Origin: Trichlorobacter lovleyi SZ
Lineage (GTDB): Bacteria; Desulfobacterota; Desulfuromonadia; Geobacterales; Pseudopelobacteraceae
NCBI RefSeq assembly: GCF_000020385.1
Contig: NC_010814.1
Coordinates: 330,001 to 362,000 of the forward strand
Direction of reading: 5' to 3'
Length of the DNA: 32,000 bases
This document shows, piece by piece, positions 8,166-17,913 of this stretch. The stretch's first letter is position 1. Every line of letters begins with the position of its first letter. Made by a program: the position numbers and the translations under genes. Under the pieces are notes generated by a model. That model was not told the DNA's origin. It worked only from the letters and a program-made list of their open reading frames with translations, and searched no databases.

Positions 8166-9821
8166 GTGTCCTACGAAGTCCTTGCCCGCAAATACCGCCC
8201 CCAGACCTTTGCCGGATTGACCGGTCAGGAGCATGTCAGCCGTACCCTGCAGAACGCCATTGATACCGGCCGGGTGGCCCATGCCTTCCTGTTTACCGGT
8301 GCGCGGGGGGTCGGCAAGACCAGTACCGCCCGTATCCTGGCCAAGGCCCTCAACTGTGAGCAGGGTGTCACGCTGGAACCATGCAACGTCTGCCCGCACT
8401 GCCGCGAGATTACCGACGGCAGCTCCACCGATGTCTTTGAGATCGACGGCGCCTCCAATACCGGTGTGGATGATGTCCGTGAATTGCGGGACAACAGCCG
8501 CTATCTTCCCTCCCACAGTCGCTACAAGATCTACATCATTGACGAAGTGCATATGCTCTCCACCAACGCCTTCAATGCCCTGTTGAAGACCCTGGAAGAG
8601 CCGCCGCCCCATGTCAAGTTCATTTTTGCCACCACTGAACCGCACAAACTGCCGATCACCATTCTCTCCCGTTGCCAACGCTTTGACTTCAAGCGGGTGC
8701 CGCTGATCAAGATCGTGGGCCGCCTGCGGGAGATTGCTGATCAGGAAGGGATCGTCATCAACGATGCCGCCCTGGCCCTGATTGCCCGCAAGGGTGACGG
8801 CAGCATGCGGGACTCAATCACCTGTTTTGATCAGGTGCTGGCCTTCTGCGGCAACACCGTGGCCGTTGAGGATGTGGCTACCCTGGTTGGGGTGGTGGAC
8901 CGCCGGCTGCTGGCAGAGCTTTCCAGCGCCGTCTTTGCCGGCGATACCCAGGGGGCGCTGGAAGGGGTCAGGCGGGTCGATGCCTTTGGCTATAACGTGC
9001 GCCAGTTCACCCAGGAGCTGATCAGCCACTTCCGTAATCTGCTGGTTATCCGTTCGGTCCCCAAACCGGGCGAGATCCTTGATCTGGCCGAGGCCGAACT
9101 GGAAGAGTTGCGGCAACAGGCAGGTGAACAGAGTGCTGCCGATATCCAGCGCCGCCTGACCCTGCTGGTCAAGGCTGAGTCCGAAATGGCCCATGCCTCG
9201 TTTCCGCGCCTGCTGCTTGAGATGGTGCTGTTGAAGATGGCAACCCTGCAACCGGTGCTGCCGATTCATCAACTGCTGGACCGGATCAAGCACCTGGAGA
9301 CCGGGGTGGCCCAGACAACCCCGGAACTTTGGGCTGCCCCCAAACAGGCCGCCGCCAGGCCGGTCACGCCGGTGCGCCATGAACAGCCGCCTGTCCAGCA
9401 ACCGGCGGCTTCCGCGCCGCAGGGTGGCGGGGGCTGGGAGCGTTTTGTGGCCTTCTGCCTTGAGCAGAAACCGGCCCTGGGGGCGCTGCTTGAGCATGGT
9501 TCACCCCTGGCCTATGCCCCTGACCGGCTGGAGATCGGGTTTCCCGAAGGTTCCTACTTTCTGAACAGTCTGCAGGATCCCGACAACAAACAGGCGGTTG
9601 ATGCGCTGGCGGCCCAGTACATGCATCAGCCCACCGTGGTCAAGATCGTCTCGATTGCCGCCGTTGCTGACGGGAATTCTCCCTGCTCACTGGCCGAAAA
9701 AAAAAAGCATGATGAGGAGCAGCGACGGGAGTCAATCCAGCGTGAAGTAAAAGAACATCCACTGGTGCAAGAGGCATTACGGGTGCTGGGTGGAGAGATT
9801 GTTGAAATTAAAGAACTGTAA
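8166..9821 (+). CDS. dnaX: DNA polymerase III subunit gamma/tau
   Basis: The listed ORF starts at 8043, but that extension covers the SRP RNA. The in-frame GTG at 8166 (VSYEVLARKYRPQTFAGLTGQEHV...) has AGGAAG 8 nt upstream. Motifs seen: Walker A GARGVGKTS, zinc module CEQGVTLEPCNVCPHC, DEVH, SRC. Confidence 0.9.
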   Translation: MSYEVLARKYRPQTFAGLTGQEHVSRTLQNAIDTGRVAHAFLFTGARGVGKTSTARILAKALNCEQGVTLEPCNVCPHCREITDGSSTDVFEIDGASNTGVDDVRELRDNSRYLPSHSRYKIYIIDEVHMLSTNAFNALLKTLEEPPPHVKFIFATTEPHKLPITILSRCQRFDFKRVPLIKIVGRLREIADQEGIVINDAALALIARKGDGSMRDSITCFDQVLAFCGNTVAVEDVATLVGVVDRRLLAELSSAVFAGDTQGALEGVRRVDAFGYNVRQFTQELISHFRNLLVIRSVPKPGEILDLAEAELEELRQQAGEQSAADIQRRLTLLVKAESEMAHASFPRLLLEMVLLKMATLQPVLPIHQLLDRIKHLETGVAQTTPELWAAPKQAAARPVTPVRHEQPPVQQPAASAPQGGGGWERFVAFCLEQKPALGALLEHGSPLAYAPDRLEIGFPEGSYFLNSLQDPDNKQAVDALAAQYMHQPTVVKIVSIAAVADGNSPCSLAEKKKHDEEQRRESIQREVKEHPLVQEALRVLGGEIVEIKEL

Positions 9822-9872
9822 TGCTTTGTAGCGTAACATCGTTTCAGATGACACCACAGGAGGAGATACGCA

Positions 9873-10187
9873 ATGTCTAAAGGTTTGGCAGGAATCATGA
9901 AGCAGGCCCAGATGATCCAGCAGAAGATGGCAAAACTGCAGGAAGAAGCAGCCCTGAAGGAGGCAGAGGCCACAGCCGGCGGCGGTGCCGTGACGGTGGT
10001 GGTAAACGGTAAAAATGAGATAAAGGCCCTGACCATCAAGCCTGAGGCGGTTGACCCCAATGATGTTGAGATGCTGCAGGACCTGATTATTGCAGCCGCT
10101 AACGAGGCCCTCAAAAAGGTTCATGAGGAGCTCTCGGCCGAGATGTCCAAGATCACCGGAGGCATGAGTATTCCCGGTCTGTTCTAA
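9873..10187 (+). CDS. ybaB: Nucleoid-associated protein YbaB/EbfC
   Basis: 104 aa, MSKGLAGIMKQAQMIQQKMAKLQEE..., with AGGAGGAG RBS. It sits in the canonical dnaX-ybaB-recR position. Confidence 0.9.
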   Translation: MSKGLAGIMKQAQMIQQKMAKLQEEAALKEAEATAGGGAVTVVVNGKNEIKALTIKPEAVDPNDVEMLQDLIIAAANEALKKVHEELSAEMSKITGGMSIPGLF

Positions 10188-10239
10188 CGGTCGGCTTTTA
10201 CTCCTGCTGTAATTGAACTGGCTGATTTCAATGGAAACC

Positions 10240-10275
10240 TGCAGGCGAGGGGCTCCCTTCGTCTGCATATTTTTA
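10240..10275 (+). terminator. Candidate rho-independent terminator after ybaB
   Basis: A ~12-bp stem TGCAGGCGAGGG / CCTTCGTCTGCA (two G-T pairs) is followed by TATTTTTA. Confidence 0.45.
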
Positions 10276-10320
10276 ACCGCACTATAATTATAAAAAATTG
10301 TTTTATCTGGTTATTATTCT

Positions 10321-10914
10321 ATGCTACAACATGCTCCAACACTGACACGGCTGGTGGGAGAACTAAAGAAACTTCCCGGTATTGGCGAGCGTACTGCCCT
10401 GCGTCTGGCCTTTCATCTCCTTAAGTCACCCCAGAATCTCGGTTCCCTGGCAGAGGCGCTTACTCAAGTCCAGGAACGGGTTTGTGCCTGTTCCGTCTGC
10501 TTTGCGCTGACCGAGCAGAATCCCTGTCCGATCTGCAGCGGTGGACGTGACAGCAGTGTGATCTGTGTGGTTGAGACCTCGCAGGATATGCTGGCCCTTG
10601 AACGGAGCAACGCCTATCACGGCAGCTACCATGTGCTGCAGGGAGCGATTTCGCCGCTGCATGGCGTTAACCCGGACGACCTGCGGATCAGGGAACTTCT
10701 GATGCGGATTGAACAGGGCAAGGTTGAGGAGGTGGTGATTGCCACCAACTTTACGGTGGAAGGCGAGACAACCGCCCTCTACCTGGCGCGACAGCTGAAG
10801 CCGCTGGGGATCAGAGTCACCCGGCTGGCACACGGTATCCCGCTGGGCAGTGATATTGAATTTGTGGACCCTGCCACGGTGCAATGGGCCATGAAGGGAA
10901 GAAGCGAACTTTAG
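10321..10914 (+). CDS. recR: Recombination mediator protein RecR
   Basis: HhH motif LKKLPGIGERTALRLAFHLL, C4 zinc finger CSVC..CPIC, then a Toprim region VICVVE...D. Confidence 0.95.
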   Translation: MLQHAPTLTRLVGELKKLPGIGERTALRLAFHLLKSPQNLGSLAEALTQVQERVCACSVCFALTEQNPCPICSGGRDSSVICVVETSQDMLALERSNAYHGSYHVLQGAISPLHGVNPDDLRIRELLMRIEQGKVEEVVIATNFTVEGETTALYLARQLKPLGIRVTRLAHGIPLGSDIEFVDPATVQWAMKGRSEL

Positions 10915-10964
10915 ATCCGTTCTGTATCGGACATTACCAGTACCACATCAACAGGAGGAGCAGC

Positions 10965-13900
10965 ATGAGCAAGAAGATGGTCACCATCGACGGCAACACC
11001 GCCGCAGCCCACGTGGCCCACGCCACTAACGAAGTTATTGCCATTTACCCGATTACCCCGTCCTCGGTCATGGGTGAGATCTCCGACGCCAAGAGCGCCG
11101 TGGGTGAAAAAAACATCTGGGGCAACGTCCCGTCCGTGGTTGAGATGCAGTCTGAAGGCGGCGCTGCCGGTGCCGTACACGGTGCCCTGCAGGCCGGTGC
11201 GCTGACCACCACCTTCACCGCCTCCCAGGGCCTCTTGCTGATGATCCCGAACATGTTCAAGATCGCCGGCGAGCTGACCTCCACCGTCTTCCATGTCTCG
11301 GCCCGTGCTATTGCAGCCCAGGCGCTGTCGATCTTCGGTGACCACTCCGACGTGATGTCCTGCCGTTCCACCGGCTGGGCCTTCCTCTGTTCCAACAACG
11401 TGCAGGAGGTCATGGACTTCGCTCTGATCGCCCAGTCCTCCACCCTGCGCAGCCGGGTGCCGTTCCTGCACTACTTCGACGGCTTCCGTACCTCCCACGA
11501 AATCCAGAAAGTGGTTGAGCTTTCCTTTGATGAAATGCGGGCCATGATCGACGACAAGCTGGTTGCCGAGCACAAGGCCCGCGGCCTGAACCCGGACAAG
11601 CCGGTTATGCGTGGTACTGCCCAGAACCCTGACGTCTACTTCCAGGGCCGCGAGACCGTCAACCCCTTCTACCCTGCCTGCGAGAAGATCGTTCAGGAAG
11701 AAATGGACAAGTTCGGCAAGCTGACCGGCCGTAAGTACAAGCTGGTTGACTATGTTGGTGCCAAGGATGCCGAGCGTGTTGTGGTTGTGATGGGCTCCGG
11801 TGCTGACGTTGTTCAGGACACCGTTGAGAACCTGGTCAAGAAGGGTGAGAAGGTCGGTGTGGTCAAGATCCGTCTGTATCGTCCCTTCCCGCTGGATGCC
11901 TTCATCAAGGCCCTGCCCAAGAGTGTCAAGAAGATTGCTGTTCTGGACCGTACCAAGGAGCCCGGCTCCCTGGGCGAGCCGATCTATCTGGATGTCCGCA
12001 CCGCCATCGGCGAGGCAATGGCTTCCGGCAAGCTGAAAATGAAGGGCTATCCGGTCATCGTTGGCGGCCGGTACGGTCTGGGTTCCAAGGAGTTCTCCCC
12101 GGCCATGGCCAAGGCGGTTCTGGATAACCTGAAGAGCGCCAAGCCCAAGAACAAGTTTGTTGTCGGTATTGAGGAAGATGTTACCAACTCAAGCCTCAAG
12201 GTTGATTACTCCTACAAGAACCCGATGGAAGGTGTCTATCAGGCCATGTTCTACGGTCTGGGCTCCGACGGTACTGTTGGTGCCAACAAGAACTCCATCA
12301 AGATCATCGGTGAGGAGACCAACAACAACGCCCAGGCCTACTTCGTGTATGACTCCAAGAAGGCCGGCTCCATGACCACTTCCCACCTGCGTTTCGGCAA
12401 GAAGTACATCCGTGCGCCGTACCTGGTTCAGGAGGCAGACTTCGTGGCTTGCCACAACTTCTCCTTCCTGGAGAAGTACGACATGCTGGCCAAGGCCAAG
12501 ACCGGCTCCACCTTCCTGCTCAACGCTCCGTTCTCGGCCTCCGAGGTATGGGACACCATGCCGAAGGAAGTGCAGCAGCAGATCATTGAGAAGAAGATGA
12601 AGTTCTACGTGATCGACGGCGTCAAGCTGGGCAACGAGATCGGCCTCGGACCCCGTATCAACGTGATCATGCAGACTGCATTCTTCAAGATCTCTAACAT
12701 CATCCCGGTTAAGGATGCGGTTGCCTCCATCAAGGATGCCATCAAGAAGTCCTACGGCAAGGCCGGTGAGAAGGTGCTGGAGATGAACTACAAGGCGGTT
12801 GATGCCGGCCTGAACAACTTCTACGAAGTGAAGGTGCCGACCAAGGCCTCCAGTAAGCTGAAGATGGCTGCCGCTGTTTCCAGCAAGGCTCCCAAGTTCG
12901 TCAAGGATGTTACCGGCGTAATCGTGGCCGGCCTGGGCGATCAACTGCCGGTTTCCAAGATGCCTGCTGACGGTACCTTCCCGACCGCAACCAGCCAGTA
13001 CGAGAAGCGTAACATCGCCACCGAGATTCCGGTTTGGGATGAGAAGCTCTGTATCCAGTGCGGTATCTGTTCCTTTGTCTGTCCCCACGCAGCAGTGCGG
13101 ATGAAGTCTTTTGACGGCAAACTGTTGAAGGATGCACCCAAGACCTACAAGTCTGCTGATTGCAAGATCAAGGGTCAGGAAGGCAAGAAGCTGACCGTAC
13201 AGGTTGCACCGGAAGATTGTACCGGTTGCGGTGCCTGTGCGCACAACTGCCCGGCCAAGGACAAGACTAATGCCAACCACAAGGCGCTGGACATGACCTT
13301 CCAGCCGCCGCTGCGTGCCTCAGAGGCAGAGAACTTCGAGTTCTTCCTCAAACTGCCTGATGTTGATGCAAGCACTCTCAAGCTGGATACTCTCAGCAAC
13401 AACCAGCTGGTCCGCCCGCTGTTCGAGTTCTCCGGTGCCTGCGCCGGCTGCGGCGAGACCCCGTACCTCAAGCTGCTGACCCAGTTGTTCGGTGACCGGA
13501 TGATTGTGGCCAACGCCACCGGTTGCTCCTCCATCTACGGCGGCAACCTGCCCACCACCCCCTATGCACAGCGTGCTGACGGACGTGGTCCGGCATGGTC
13601 AAACTCCCTGTTCGAGGACAACGCCGAGTTCGGTTACGGTATGCGTCTGACCGTTGACCAGTTCACCAAGTCGGCTCAGGAGTATCTGACTGAACTGGCA
13701 GGTGACAAGGCCTTTGCTGCCAATGCCAAGCTGTTCAAGGAGATCCTCTCCGCTGACCAGTCCAGCCAGGCCGGTATCGAGGCACAGCGTGCTCGCGTTG
13801 AGAAGCTTAAAGCTGCCATCAAGGGTAGCAAGAACGCTGTTGCCAAGCTGCTGACCCCGATTGCCGACTACCTGGTCAAGAAGTCGGTCTGGTGTATCGG

Positions 13901-14546
13901 TGGTGACGGCTGGGCCTATGACATCGGCTTCGGCGGTCTGGACCATGTTATCGCCTCCGGCAAGAACATCAACCTGCTGGTTCTGGACACCGAGGTGTAC
14001 TCCAACACCGGCGGTCAGGCATCCAAGTCCACCCCGCTGGGTGCTGTTGCCCAGTTTGCCGCAGGCGGCAAGCCGGTCTCCAAGAAGGACCTGGGCATGA
14101 TCGCCATGTCCTACGGCTCGGTCTATGTGGCCACCGTGGCACTGTCCAACCCGGCCCAGTGCGTCAAGGCCATGCTGGAGGCCGAGGCCTTTGATGGTCC
14201 TTCCATCATCCTGGCTTACTCACACTGTATTGCCCACGGTATCGATATGACCAGCGGCGTTGATAACCAGAAGAAGGCCGTACAGTCCGGCTACTGGCCG
14301 CTGTACCGTTACAACCCGGCTCTGGCAGCAGAGTGCAAGAACCCGTTGCAGCTGGACAGCAAGGCTCCGACCATCAGCTTCGAAGAGTACACCAATAACG
14401 AAAACCGTTACCGGATGCTCAAGAAGGCCAACCCCAAAGGGGCAGAGGCGATGATGAAAAAGGCCGGTGAATGGGCCAAGACCCACTTTGCCTACTACCA
14501 GAAGCTTGCAGCACTCAGCTTCGACGACAGCTGCGAGAAGAAGTAG
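10965..14546 (+). CDS. nifJ: Pyruvate:ferredoxin (flavodoxin) oxidoreductase, single-polypeptide PFOR
   Basis: The ORF is listed from 10884. The ATG at 10965 (MSKKMVTIDGNTAAAHVAHA) follows AGGAGGAG. Two ferredoxin-type clusters are present (CIQCGICSFVCPHA and CTGCGACAHNCP), plus the TPP-binding region GGDGWAYDIGFGGLDH. Length is ~1193 aa. Confidence 0.95.
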   Translation: MSKKMVTIDGNTAAAHVAHATNEVIAIYPITPSSVMGEISDAKSAVGEKNIWGNVPSVVEMQSEGGAAGAVHGALQAGALTTTFTASQGLLLMIPNMFKIAGELTSTVFHVSARAIAAQALSIFGDHSDVMSCRSTGWAFLCSNNVQEVMDFALIAQSSTLRSRVPFLHYFDGFRTSHEIQKVVELSFDEMRAMIDDKLVAEHKARGLNPDKPVMRGTAQNPDVYFQGRETVNPFYPACEKIVQEEMDKFGKLTGRKYKLVDYVGAKDAERVVVVMGSGADVVQDTVENLVKKGEKVGVVKIRLYRPFPLDAFIKALPKSVKKIAVLDRTKEPGSLGEPIYLDVRTAIGEAMASGKLKMKGYPVIVGGRYGLGSKEFSPAMAKAVLDNLKSAKPKNKFVVGIEEDVTNSSLKVDYSYKNPMEGVYQAMFYGLGSDGTVGANKNSIKIIGEETNNNAQAYFVYDSKKAGSMTTSHLRFGKKYIRAPYLVQEADFVACHNFSFLEKYDMLAKAKTGSTFLLNAPFSASEVWDTMPKEVQQQIIEKKMKFYVIDGVKLGNEIGLGPRINVIMQTAFFKISNIIPVKDAVASIKDAIKKSYGKAGEKVLEMNYKAVDAGLNNFYEVKVPTKASSKLKMAAAVSSKAPKFVKDVTGVIVAGLGDQLPVSKMPADGTFPTATSQYEKRNIATEIPVWDEKLCIQCGICSFVCPHAAVRMKSFDGKLLKDAPKTYKSADCKIKGQEGKKLTVQVAPEDCTGCGACAHNCPAKDKTNANHKALDMTFQPPLRASEAENFEFFLKLPDVDASTLKLDTLSNNQLVRPLFEFSGACAGCGETPYLKLLTQLFGDRMIVANATGCSSIYGGNLPTTPYAQRADGRGPAWSNSLFEDNAEFGYGMRLTVDQFTKSAQEYLTELAGDKAFAANAKLFKEILSADQSSQAGIEAQRARVEKLKAAIKGSKNAVAKLLTPIADYLVKKSVWCIGGDGWAYDIGFGGLDHVIASGKNINLLVLDTEVYSNTGGQASKSTPLGAVAQFAAGGKPVSKKDLGMIAMSYGSVYVATVALSNPAQCVKAMLEAEAFDGPSIILAYSHCIAHGIDMTSGVDNQKKAVQSGYWPLYRYNPALAAECKNPLQLDSKAPTISFEEYTNNENRYRMLKKANPKGAEAMMKKAGEWAKTHFAYYQKLAALSFDDSCEKK

Positions 14547-14575
14547 TCTCCAGCTTCATAAAAGTGCTACTATTC

Positions 14576-14605
14576 AGCCCCACGGGAAACCGTGGGGCTT
14601 TTTTA
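14576..14605 (+). terminator. Rho-independent terminator after PFOR
   Basis: Perfect 10-bp stem AGCCCCACGG / CCGTGGGGCT with a GAAA loop, followed by TTTTTT. Confidence 0.75.
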
Positions 14606-14627
14606 TCTGAAAAGGGAGTGACTTAAC

Positions 14628-15482
14628 GTGCATGATCATATCGCCCGCGCCATGGCGGTCAAAGGCAAGATCCGGGCTGTGGCCTGTGTTACCACCAATC
14701 TGGCAAACGATATCTGTTTTCTGCAAGGCACCTCGCCTATTGCCTCGATAGCGCTGGGGCGGGCCCTGTCCGGGGCAGCCCTGGTGGGGAGCACTCTCAA
14801 GCAGGGCCAGCGAACTGCGATCAAGTTTGAAGGTGGCGGGCCGCTCAAGAAGCTGATTGCCGAGGTGGAATGGGATGGCGCCATCAGGGGGACGGTGGCG
14901 GTGCCGGATGCGGTTGCCGAGAGTGTACCTGCTGCATTGGGCAGGGCCGGGTTCCTGACGGTCACCCGTGATCTGGGGATGAAAGATCCCTACACCGGTA
15001 TGGTACAGCTCTATACCAGCGAGATTGCCGAGGATCTGGCCTACTATCTGACTGACTCCGAGCAGATTCCCTCTGCCATGGGGCTGGGGGTGAGTCTGGC
15101 TGATGATGGGCAGATCGCAGTCAGCGGTGGTTTCCTGATTCAGTCTCTGCCCCCTTCCGATGAAGCTGCGGTAGACCAGATTATGACCACCATCAGCAAA
15201 CTGCCACCGCTGACCACGCTGCTGAAGGATGGCACCACGCCCCAACAGTTGCTGGATATCCTGCTGGAGGGGGTGGAACACCATCCACTGGAGTCTACGA
15301 ACCTGTTCTTCCGTTGTGGCTGCTCCCGTGACAAGGTTGAGCGGGCTTTACTTTCGCTGGGCAAGGCAGGGCTGGAGCGAATGATTGAGGAACAGGGTGA
15401 GGCAGCGGTTACCTGCGAATTCTGCAAACAGCAGTACCGCTTTGAAAGGAGCGAGCTTGAAGCGCTCAGCAGATCATACTAA
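14628..15482 (+). CDS. hslO: Hsp33 family redox-regulated chaperone
   Basis: GTG start preceded by AAGGGAG. The C-terminal zinc/redox switch reads CGCSRDKV ... [10 protein letters not shown] (CXC...CXXC). Confidence 0.9.
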
Positions 15483-17913
15483 GCCAGTAAAGACTTCAGC
15501 GGCTAAACCAATCACCAACGAACCTGTCCGGGCGAAGACGGTTGCACCGGAAGTCCTGGCCCCCTGCGGCTCCCTTGAGGCCTTCTTTGCAGCCATGGAA
15601 TCCGGTGCAGATGCGGTCTATGCCGGGTTACGGGAGTTTTCGGCCCGTGCCCGTGCCAAGAACTTCACCCTGGGGCAGATGGCGCGGATGCTGGCCTATG
15701 CCCATCAGCGGGGGCGTAAGATCTACATCACCCTTAACACGCTGGTCAAGGAGCAGGAACTGCCGCAGCTGGTGGAGGCCCTGGCAGAGCTGGCCAGGCT
15801 GCGGGTGGATGGGGTGATTGTGCAGGATATGGCGGTGGCCCGGCTGGTACGGAACTTTTTCCCTTCCATTCCGCTGCATGCCTCCACCCAGATGACGATC
15901 CACAACCTGCCCGGTGTCAAGCTGCTGGAGGAGTATGGCTTTGAGCGGGTAGTGCTGGCCCGAGAGCTGCAACTGGCAGATATCGCCTCTATCGCATCAC
16001 AGACCAGCGCAGAGCTTGAGATCTTTGTCCATGGGGCACTCTGTTTCTGCGTCTCCGGGCAGTGCCATTTCTCCTCGTTGCTGGGTGGCCACAGCGGCAA
16101 CCGTGGCCGCTGCGCCCAGCCTTGCCGCCGCCTCTACAGCCACCGGGGCAAAGAGGGCTACTATTTCTCCCCCAACGATCTTTCTGCGCTGGAGCTGATC
16201 CCGGAGCTGGCCGCTGCCGGTGTGACCTCGCTGAAGATCGAAGGCAGGATGAAATCTGCCGATTATGTGGCCAAGGTGGTCAAGGCCTACCGCTTGATGG
16301 TTGATGGTGACGCAACAGCACGTAAGGAGACCCTGAAGGCTGCCAAGGAGCTGTTGAAGGACTCCTTTGGCCGCACCCCCACCAAAGGCTTTCTGGCCTC
16401 CAGCAATCCGGTTGATATTGCCAACCCCTGGCTGCGGGGTGGCACCGGCCGGTTCAGCGGCGAGGTCAGGCAGGCCCGGCAGGGGCAGATCAGCTTTGAA
16501 ACCCGCGATGGTCTTCGGGTAGGGGACCGTCTGCGGCTGCAGCCCAAGAGCGATCAGGCCGGCCAGGCCTGGACCCTGCGGGAGCTGTATGTGAATCGCA
16601 GGAAGGTGCATGAGTGCAAGGCCGGTACCCTGGTGGAGGTGGCCTGCCCCTTTGAGGCCCGTCCAGGTGATGCCTTGTTCAAGGTGGGGGCTGCCGATGC
16701 CTTTGGCATGAGCGATGAGGCAGCCAACCGTAAGCTGCAGGCTGCCGGACCGGACCGTGTGGCAGTGCGGCTGGAGTTGCGCTGCGAGCAGCAGGGGCCG
16801 GCCCCCGGACCCTGGACTCTGCAAATCACTGCCCGGATCGGTGCGGCAGCTTTTTCCTACGAATTTCCGTTGGGCGATCTGGAGCCTGCCCGCAACAGTG
16901 ATATGGCCGGGGTGCTGCTGGCACGCTTCAGCGAGACCGGCGAGACCCCGTTCCACCTGGAGAGCCTGCAGGCCCCTGACTTTCCGGCGCTCTTTATTCC
17001 GCCAGCTCGTTTAAAAGAGATTCGGCGTGAGCTGTATCAGCGGCTGGAACAGGAGGGGACGGCAGAGGAGCGCAGGCGGATAGCAGCGGCAAAGGCAGAG
17101 GCGCTGCTGGAACTGCAGGGGCAAAGGTCAAGGAGCAAGGGGCAAGGAGAGCGAGAAGAGTTACTGATCCAGGTGGACAGTCCGTCGGAGGTGCGTTGGG
17201 CCTTGTCTCAGGGAGCTCGACAGGTGGTGGTACCGCTGCACCGGGCTGCCATCCATGAGCTGCCCCGGTATCTGAGCAGACTGAAAGGTGATGCTGATCA
17301 GCTGGTCTGGCAGCTGCCGTTCATGCTGTTTGATCAGGAACTGCCCTTGATCACTGAAGCGCTTGATGCGCTCTACCAAGCCGGGTTTCGTTGTTTTGAG
17401 GTCACCAACCCCGGCCAGTTCAAGCTGCTGCAACGGTATGCAGGGCTGCAGCTGTCATCCGGCTATCGTCTGTTCACCCTCAACAGTCAGGCCCTGGCAT
17501 TCTGGCAGGAACAGGGTATCCAGCGGGCAACCCTCTATATTGAAGATGACCGGGAAAACCTGACGGATCTGCTGCAGCTTTCACAACCCTTGACCGTGCT
17601 GGTGTACAGTCCGGTGGAGGTGATGGCCACCAGGGTCAGGATCAAGGAGATCAGCAGCGGTGCTCCGCTTACCTCTGACCGTGGCGAAGGGTACCGGATT
17701 CGCGGCCGGGACGGTTTTACCCATATCAGCGCCACCACACCGTTCTCTCTGCTGGGGCGGCTGATGGAACTACGCCGGATGGGCTGCCGTTCTTTCATGC
17801 TGGATCTTTCAGAGACCCCGCCTGAGCGGCGCGGCGAACTGCTGGAGGCGTTCAGGTCTGATCGCGTAGTTCAGGGGGCGACGCTCTTTAACTATGAACG
17901 GGGGTTGACATGA
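15457..17913 (+). CDS. Long U32-family protein (collagenase-like peptidase U32 fold, of the kind now linked to Fe-S dependent hydroxylases) with an extended C-terminal half
   Basis: The ORF is open from 15385. There is no ATG or GTG between the hslO stop and the conserved [27 protein letters not shown]. The TTG at 15457 has AAAGGAG 5 nt upstream, so the start is uncertain. Near-match to the U32 signature: [19 protein letters not shown] ... RGRCAQPCR. Confidence 0.8.

Noticed and set aside
10884-10964. N-terminal 27-aa extension of the PFOR ORF, overlapping recR
   Set aside because: The ATG at 10965 has a strong AGGAGGAG SD, and the conserved PFOR N-terminus (MSKKMVTIDGN) begins there.
12189-13280. 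363-aa minus-strand ORF inside the PFOR gene (also 10911..11573 and others)
   Set aside because: It lies entirely within the strongly supported PFOR reading frame. It has no motifs and shadow-ORF composition.
15997-16956. 319-aa minus-strand ORF inside the U32 gene
   Set aside because: It is antisense to a CDS with clear family signatures, and the product is low-complexity.
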